From the NCBI GenBank assembly GCA_963804975.1, contig CAWDSG010000001.1, positions 118 through 64,117 of the forward strand: 64,000 nt of DNA, read 5' to 3'. Of this stretch, positions 58,194 through 64,000 are shown piece by piece (position 1 is the stretch's first letter; each line of letters starts with the position of its first letter). The stretch is from an uncultured bacterium. GTDB lineage: Bacteria > Patescibacteriota > Minisyncoccia > Phycocordibacterales > GWA1-40-21. Both the position numbers and the translations under genes were made by a program. Below the pieces are notes generated by a model, which saw only the letters and a program-made list of their open reading frames with translations, did not search any database and had not been told where the DNA came from.

Positions 58194-58850
58194 TTATAGA
58201 CCAACCGCATTGGCTCCATATTCCGCTTGTGCTTCTGTGAACTTGTCATACTCTAGTTGTGTGATTAAACTGCCTCGTGAAAAAGCGGAATAGCTCATGT
58301 AATCTTTTGCCTTTGCAGCCGCCTGTGCATTCCAGTCAGCACCTGAATTATCTGCGCCATAAATCGCATCCGCCTGTGAAAATTGATCGTACTCCAATTG
58401 AGCAACCAATCCATCGTGAGAAAATGCCGTGTAGTTTAAATAATCTATTGCTTTTGCAACAGCATTTGCCTGACTGACCGTTTCGCTTGGCGCTGTCGAT
58501 TGAACTGGAGCAGGTGTCGGTGCTGGTGTTGAAACAACCACAGGAGTTTGCGTAGGTTGAGTCACAACTGCTTTCTTGGTAATGACAGGCGCTTGAGTGA
58601 CTGGCTGTGCAACTGGTGCAGACGTTGTTGCAACAGGTGTTGGATTTTCGGTTGTTGCCACAACAGGTGCGTTTTGTGTCTGAGTGGCTGGAGAAGCTAT
58701 CGCCGCACAGATAAAGAAAAAGACAATGAGTCCACCACCGACCAAGGTGACATCTTTTCGAGATTTCAATTTTACAACTTCCGGTTTTGTTAAACCAACA
58801 ATCAATACAACGATTGATACAAGTATCAGAACAATAAATAATGATTCCAT
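58194..58850 (-). CDS. Ltp-family (host cell surface-exposed lipoprotein) superinfection-exclusion-like protein, 2 repeats, TM anchored, Pro/Thr-rich linker
   Basis: 218 aa; repeats AVAKAIDYLNYTAFSHDGLVAQLEYDQFSQADAIYGADNSG and AKAKDYMSYSAFSRGSLITQLEYDKFTEAQAEYGANAVGL match the Ltp tandem repeat. Confidence 0.6.
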   Translation of the reverse strand: MESLFIVLILVSIVVLIVGLTKPEVVKLKSRKDVTLVGGGLIVFFFICAAIASPATQTQNAPVVATTENPTPVATTSAPVAQPVTQAPVITKKAVVTQPTQTPVVVSTPAPTPAPVQSTAPSETVSQANAVAKAIDYLNYTAFSHDGLVAQLEYDQFSQADAIYGADNSGADWNAQAAAKAKDYMSYSAFSRGSLITQLEYDKFTEAQAEYGANAVGL

Positions 58851-59155
58851 TTTTTATTTTTACTAGCTGATAAAGCCAGTGATGGAATTTTTGGAAAACA
58901 AAAAGCCCACCACATGGGTGATGGCTTGCGCCATCCATACCAGTTTCCCGATATGACCAATGACGATAGCCCCATATGATGGGTTTTCTATTCGTCATTG
59001 GCTTTCTTTCATCATGCCAGCAATTACTCACTGGTTTAGATTACTTCTACTTATTCAGTTGTCAGTGAACATAATAGCTCTTTTGCAACTATTATTCAAC
59101 CGATCATATCGCCGATCACTTCTTTTGCTAAGCGAAGTTGCCAACAGACAAAATT

Positions 59156-59737
59156 CTATTGTATTTGTACAACAATATGGCTCATAGTCCCCAAAACACC
59201 TTCCAGATAGTTACTTAAGAGAAAAGACATCCCAGTTAAAATCGCAGCGATAATAAGTGCAAATATAAAAAATATTTTTTCAGGAGATTTCTGTTTAAGA
59301 AAAGAAATTCCATTGGACACAAATTTTACTCTAAAAAGATAATGCGACACTGGCATTGTAACCATCAATGGAATAATAACTGGCAGTACGAAATGAGATA
59401 AATTTCTGTATAAGATACAGAAAAATGCAACGACAAGAATATAGCCGATAATTAGCACATATTTAAAAGCTCTTAATCTCGGTTCTACTTTTGGTGGAAA
59501 TTTAAAAATAATTTCTGACCATATTAGCATTGCGCCGATCATCATAAGAAGTATAAACGCATATGCAATCAAAATTGCCCAAAGAGGAACAATTTTATTT
59601 ACCATAGTTGCTTGTAACACAGTTCCCAAAACACCTGAAAAACCGAGCATGGTTCCCATAGAAGAAATAAGAAAACTGTTCTCTTTCAAAAAAGATTGCA
59701 GGGATACTTTTTCAGCTGTTTTTTCTTCGATTTCCAT
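59156..59737 (-). CDS. Multi-pass membrane protein (hypothetical)
   Basis: 193 aa, 5-6 TM. Confidence 0.35.
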   Translation of the reverse strand: MEIEEKTAEKVSLQSFLKENSFLISSMGTMLGFSGVLGTVLQATMVNKIVPLWAILIAYAFILLMMIGAMLIWSEIIFKFPPKVEPRLRAFKYVLIIGYILVVAFFCILYRNLSHFVLPVIIPLMVTMPVSHYLFRVKFVSNGISFLKQKSPEKIFFIFALIIAAILTGMSFLLSNYLEGVLGTMSHIVVQIQ

Positions 59738-59844
59738 ATATTGGAAATCTAGTCCTTTTTACAGAAATAGCAAGTCAGAAATTGCCAACGTATTGTCAAC
59801 GATTAGTGCTTAGCAGGGCACTCTTTCTCTGTCATTAATATTGT

Positions 59845-61164
59845 ATGGAAACTAAAGTTGCGATTCCAATATTCAATCAAATTGTGCCACCGGTGGAAAA
59901 AGTGAAATACGTACTGTATGCCAGAAAAAGTACCGAGAGCGAAGAAAGGCAAATCCTTTCGATTGATTCGCAAGTCAAAGAAATGCTGCAACTGGCAGAA
60001 CGTGAAAATCTGGAAATTGTGGATATTCGAAGAGAAGCTCATTCAGCCAAAGATTCAGGACAAAGACCGGTGTTCAAGGAAATACTCTCTGATGTAAGAA
60101 GAGGAAGATTCAACGGCATACTGGCTTGGGATGCAAGCAGAATCAGTCGTAATGCAGGTGATCTTGGAAGTATTGTAGATCTCATGGATCAGAAACTTCT
60201 CCTTGATATTCGTACCTATGGACAGCAATTCAAGAACTCTCCGAATGAAAAGTTTTTGTTGATGATTCTCTGCTCACAGGCAAAGTTGGAGAATGATAAC
60301 CGAGTGATCAATGTAAAGCGAGGGCTTCGCACTCGATGTGAAATGGGACTAAGACCTGGAGTGGCACCGACAGGATATCTCAATGAAAAACGATCAGACA
60401 TGAAATGCCACGCTCGCATTGATCCAGAACGAGCACCTGTGATCAAAAAGATGTTCGAGAAAGTTGCATATGAGAAATGGAGCGGAAAGAAGATATACAA
60501 TTGGTTGAAATTTGAATTGAATTTCAGAACGGCAAATGGCAAGAAGAATTTGAGTTTGGGTAATGTCTTCGTTATTCTCTACAATCCTTTCTATTATGGA
60601 ATGTTTGAGTATCCAAAAGAAAGTGGTAATTGGTATCAAGGAAAACACCAACCGTTAATTACTAAAGAACTTTTCGATGCAGTTCAGGCTCAAATGAAAA
60701 GCAACGTTTTGAGAGTCGGGAACAAAGAATTTGCTTTTACCAAATTGATGACCTGTGGCCTTTGTGGATCGGGTATATGTGCCGATGAAAAATTCAAGAA
60801 ACACAAAAATGGCAATGTTCATAGATATGTTTATTATGGCTGTACCAAAAACAAAGATAAGAATTGTAAATGCGGATATATTGAAGAAAAAGATTTGATC
60901 AAACAGTTTGAATTGCTTCTTGATAAAATAGATATGAATGAAATCAGCATTAAAGAAAAAATTAAAACTGAAGTCGAACGATTTAAAAAATTCAATAGAG
61001 TATTACTCGGAATTACTGACAAAATAGAAATTGTTGATATTGATATAAGGGCTTATACAAAATTCATTTTGAGGGAAGGGACTGATTTGGAAAAAAGAGA
61101 GTTGTTGGGGTGTTTAAGGAGTAGTATCATGTTGAGTAATAAGAAAATCTCACTTAAATTTTAA
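59845..61164 (+). CDS. Large serine recombinase (second copy, homologous to 40445-42118)
   Basis: 439 aa; YARKSTESEERQ, RISRN, zinc-ribbon CGLCGS..YYGCTKNKDKNC. Confidence 0.85.
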   Translation: METKVAIPIFNQIVPPVEKVKYVLYARKSTESEERQILSIDSQVKEMLQLAERENLEIVDIRREAHSAKDSGQRPVFKEILSDVRRGRFNGILAWDASRISRNAGDLGSIVDLMDQKLLLDIRTYGQQFKNSPNEKFLLMILCSQAKLENDNRVINVKRGLRTRCEMGLRPGVAPTGYLNEKRSDMKCHARIDPERAPVIKKMFEKVAYEKWSGKKIYNWLKFELNFRTANGKKNLSLGNVFVILYNPFYYGMFEYPKESGNWYQGKHQPLITKELFDAVQAQMKSNVLRVGNKEFAFTKLMTCGLCGSGICADEKFKKHKNGNVHRYVYYGCTKNKDKNCKCGYIEEKDLIKQFELLLDKIDMNEISIKEKIKTEVERFKKFNRVLLGITDKIEIVDIDIRAYTKFILREGTDLEKRELLGCLRSSIMLSNKKISLKF

Positions 61165-61327
61165 TGTAGTATACAAGGCTATATTTTATATATTGAATCA
61201 TAATTTCTAATTATTTAGATGTTTACAACTTTATTTATGGCCTAATTGCTATATATATATAAAGTTATAATTACCAGGGTTAAATAAGTCGAGGGTTTTT
61301 TATTAATAACTATTTATATAATAATAT

Positions 61328-62971
61328 ATGAAAATGTTTGATAAAGTTTCAGCAATTGTATTGACTTTAGTGACCGTATTCGGTCTTACTGGTCCAATTG
61401 CTGCGTTTGCAGCTGGTCCAGCAACAGTCAATCTTTTATCAGCGGGTAATTATGTAATTTTGGCAAAGACAGCAATTACTACCACTCCTGGAGTAGTAGA
61501 CACCTCAATTACAGGAGATATTGGAGTTAGTCCAGCCGCCGCTGCTTCCATGACTGGATTTGCACAAGTATTAGATGTTTCAAATGCATTTTCTACATCA
61601 GCTTTGGTAACTGGAAAAATATATGCATCTGATTATGCTGTCCCTACTCCAGCTACGCTAACTACTGCCGTTCTTGATATGCAAAACGCATATACAGATG
61701 CTGCCACAAGAATACCAGGTGTTGGTGCTACAAATCTTAACGTTGGTGCTGGAACACTAAATGGACAAAACTTTGCACCAGGAACTTATACCTGGAATGG
61801 ACCAACCAGTAATGTAACTATCACAGGAGACATTACTCTTACTGGTTCAGCGTCAGATATTTGGATTTTTCAAGTAGCTGGAACTTTAGATCTTGCCTCA
61901 GGTAAGAAAATAATATTAGCTGGTGGGGCTCAACCCCAGAACGTTTTCTGGCAGGTTGCGGGTGCAGTAACTCTCGTAACAGGTTCACAATTTCAAGGAA
62001 TTATTTTAGCTCAGACAAATATAGCGATGCAGGACGGAGCTTCCTTAAATGGTAGAGCTTTAGCACAAACCGCAGTTACACTTATAGGAAACACCATTTT
62101 GATTTCTAATCCTGTTGTTGCTGCTCCTATTGTTCATCACAGACGATCAACCCCAAGACCAGTTCCAATTGTGCCAATAATCGGTTTGTTAAAAGTTCCT
62201 TCACCGCTTGCTTTACCAACAGGACCTGGAAAAGTCACTTATAACTATTCAGTTTGGAATGTTGCAAAATTACAGCAATTGACAGATATTACAGTTGTTG
62301 ATGATAAATGTAGTCCAGTAGTTTTGGTTTCTGGAGATACAAATAATAATGGTAAACTTGATTTAGATGAAACCTGGAACTATAGTTGCACGTCCGCACT
62401 TCTTAGTGGCACTACTACAAATACTGCTATAGCTACCGCTCATAGCACTGATGGTTATTACAACACAGCAATAGCTACCGCAATTGCTACAGTCGTTGTT
62501 GGCACGCCTATACAACCACCACTTATTCACATTGTAAAAGTGCCTAGCCAATTAGCACCATTACCATTTGGAGGGGGCGATATAACTTATTCATATACCG
62601 TAACAAATCCAGGTCCCGTTGCAATGAAAAATGTTAATGTTACAGACGATAAATGTTCAAATGTTACTGCTGTTTCTGTTGATCAAAACGGTAATGGTTT
62701 ACTTGATACAAATGAAACGTGGACATATACTTGCAAAACGAATGTTAAAGTTTCAACTGGAAGTGTTGCTACAGTAAAAGGTGATGCAAATGGTTTAACT
62801 GCAATGGCTTATGCATTCACTAATGTTTTGGTGGCAGCTCCTAGCCTTCCTAATACAGCTTTTGGTCCTGAAGGTTTAACTATTTCCTGGTTAGATATTA
62901 CTCTAGCACTCGCCGTCATAATACTTGCGGTCTGGCTTACTATGGTTCTAAAGAAAAGAAAAAATAACTAA
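61328..62971 (+). CDS. Cell-surface protein: signal peptide, DUF3494/ice-binding-like beta-helix region, two TIGR01451-type conserved repeats, LPNTA sorting signal + TM + KKRKNN tail
   Basis: 547 aa; repeats VVDDKCSPVVLVSGDTNNNGKLDLDETWNYSCT / VTDDKCSNVTAVSVDQNGNGLLDTNETWTYTCKT; C-terminal SLPNTAFGPEGL-TM-KKRKNN. Confidence 0.6.
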   Translation: MKMFDKVSAIVLTLVTVFGLTGPIAAFAAGPATVNLLSAGNYVILAKTAITTTPGVVDTSITGDIGVSPAAAASMTGFAQVLDVSNAFSTSALVTGKIYASDYAVPTPATLTTAVLDMQNAYTDAATRIPGVGATNLNVGAGTLNGQNFAPGTYTWNGPTSNVTITGDITLTGSASDIWIFQVAGTLDLASGKKIILAGGAQPQNVFWQVAGAVTLVTGSQFQGIILAQTNIAMQDGASLNGRALAQTAVTLIGNTILISNPVVAAPIVHHRRSTPRPVPIVPIIGLLKVPSPLALPTGPGKVTYNYSVWNVAKLQQLTDITVVDDKCSPVVLVSGDTNNNGKLDLDETWNYSCTSALLSGTTTNTAIATAHSTDGYYNTAIATAIATVVVGTPIQPPLIHIVKVPSQLAPLPFGGGDITYSYTVTNPGPVAMKNVNVTDDKCSNVTAVSVDQNGNGLLDTNETWTYTCKTNVKVSTGSVATVKGDANGLTAMAYAFTNVLVAAPSLPNTAFGPEGLTISWLDITLALAVIILAVWLTMVLKKRKNN

Positions 62972-63089
62972 TCCATCTTTAAAAATAATTTGAGGTATAT
63001 GGAACTTCAAATTATGTTTCAGTTTAATTTGAAAGCAGTAATGGCCCCACCTCGGTAGGGCTATTACTTTAATAAAAAAATTCAAAAAG

Positions 63090-63746
63090 ATGCAGGCAAA
63101 AAAAATATTAAAATGGTCATTACTTGTTACTGGTGTTTTGGCAACCATATTATTTGTAGTGATTACCTTTTTCCCAGTATTGATTATCCCAAACCCAATT
63201 CCTAATCTTGAACCAATACCAATTCCACCCGTTATCAGCCAAGCCCTACAAAATCTGATTGATGCCCAATCTCAAAGCAACGTTTCTTTGGATCAATCAA
63301 AATCTAATCTTCCCATTCGTCTACAAATTCCCACTATCAAGGTTGATGCTGCTGTTGAATATTTAGGTATTACATCTGGAGGAGCAATGGATGTTCCAAA
63401 AGGACCTGATGATGTGGCGTGGTTTGATCTTGGTCCACGTCCAGGAGAAAAAGGTAGTGCCGTTATCGCTGGACATTATGGCTGGAAAAATAACATTCCT
63501 GCAGTGTTTGATAATTTATCTAAATTAAAAATTGGGGATAAAATCCATATTATAGATGACCTTGGGGCGACTACTACTTTTGTGGTTAGTGAAATAGGAA
63601 CTTATGATCAAAATGGGGATGCCGCCAATGTATTTAGTTCAAACGATGGAAAAGCACATCTCAATCTTATTACTTGTGAGGGAGTTTGGAACGTAGCCTC
63701 AAAAAGTCGCCCAAGTCGGTTGGTGATATTTACTAACAAAGAATAA
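63090..63746 (+). CDS. Sortase-family transpeptidase
   Basis: 218 aa; N-terminal TM, catalytic His (VIAGHYG), TLITC-type Cys motif (LNLITCEG), downstream Arg. Confidence 0.7.
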   Translation: MQAKKILKWSLLVTGVLATILFVVITFFPVLIIPNPIPNLEPIPIPPVISQALQNLIDAQSQSNVSLDQSKSNLPIRLQIPTIKVDAAVEYLGITSGGAMDVPKGPDDVAWFDLGPRPGEKGSAVIAGHYGWKNNIPAVFDNLSKLKIGDKIHIIDDLGATTTFVVSEIGTYDQNGDAANVFSSNDGKAHLNLITCEGVWNVASKSRPSRLVIFTNKE

Positions 63747-63791
63747 ATATGTTGTGGGCTTTATTTCTATGACGTGCTAAAATTATTACAT

Positions 63792-64000
63792 TATGAAAAA
63801 CAAAAAAATGGTTAAAAAAATGAAGGTAATTGCCAAAGATGTAGCAAAGAAAACAGGAACATTTATGAAAAAAGCTGGAAAAAAAGCAAATACAGAAGGA
63901 GGGAAAATGGTCAAAGCATTTAAGAAAGAGTGGAAAAAAGAACAACCTCAACGAGAAGAATATAAAAAGAAAATAATGGAGACTGCTAATAAAGCTGGGG
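63792..64000 (+). CDS. Partial ORF (5-prime end only), Lys-rich hypothetical protein running off window
   Basis: ATG at 63792, no stop before window end. Confidence 0.3.

Noticed and set aside
1-64000. CRISPR array or cas genes
   Set aside because: No regularly spaced direct repeats were seen. The repeated elements found are nested palindromes in ribosomal intergenic spacers with unique, gene-bounded flanks, not repeat-spacer arrays, and there are no cas-like ORFs.
1-64000. Alternative genetic code (UGA recoding as in some CPR lineages)
   Set aside because: Recognisable genes translate full-length with the standard code. Stops are mostly TAA with no systematic in-frame TGA, and apparent breaks are explained by 1-nt indels rather than stop-codon reassignment.

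Overview
AT-rich bacterial chromosome segment (about 35-40% GC, standard code, mostly TAA stops) with a compact, streamlined gene layout. This layout is consistent with a small-genome lineage such as Patescibacteria/CPR; that assignment is inference only.

Core content:
- mgtC, recG, tRNA-Ile(UAU), then infC-rpmI-rplT.
- A beta-CASP ribonuclease.
- A long minus-strand translation cluster: rpsL-rpsG-fusA-tuf-rpsJ-rplC-rplD-rplW-rplB, an inserted hypothetical gene, then rplJ-rplL.
- parB-like, site-2 protease, rpmB, comEC plus an MBL partner, rnhA and a SpoU-type methyltransferase.
- tRNA-His/Leu/Val/Arg, rplS, an RluA-family synthase, pilMNO, dedA, a RuvX-tRNA_bind fusion, malic enzyme and an AsnRS-like core paralog.
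- A sortase with an LPNTA surface substrate.

Accessory content:
- Element 1 (about 28.5-42.1 kb) is an integrative element. It carries a Type III R-M locus with an intact res and a heavily frameshifted mod, an excisionase-like HTH, hypothetical cargo genes, a CHC2/Toprim primase and a large serine recombinase. The recombinase 3-prime end overlaps tRNA-His.
- Element 2 (about 53.8-61.2 kb) is a prophage-like or satellite remnant with no capsid or portal genes. It carries a LexA/CI-like repressor, a ParB-methyltransferase (frameshifted), TerS/TerL, an Ltp-like superinfection-exclusion protein and a second homologous serine recombinase.
- The most interesting candidate new system is a tight four-gene minus-strand operon: lexA-like repressor, TIR-like (DUF1863/ThsB-like) protein, 4-TM protein and 2-TM protein.

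Other notable points:
- Two families of nested-palindrome intergenic repeats sit in and around the ribosomal operons.
- There are several single-base frameshifts, including two in fusA.
- A 7-A homopolymer tract splits an element gene.
- No CRISPR array was seen.
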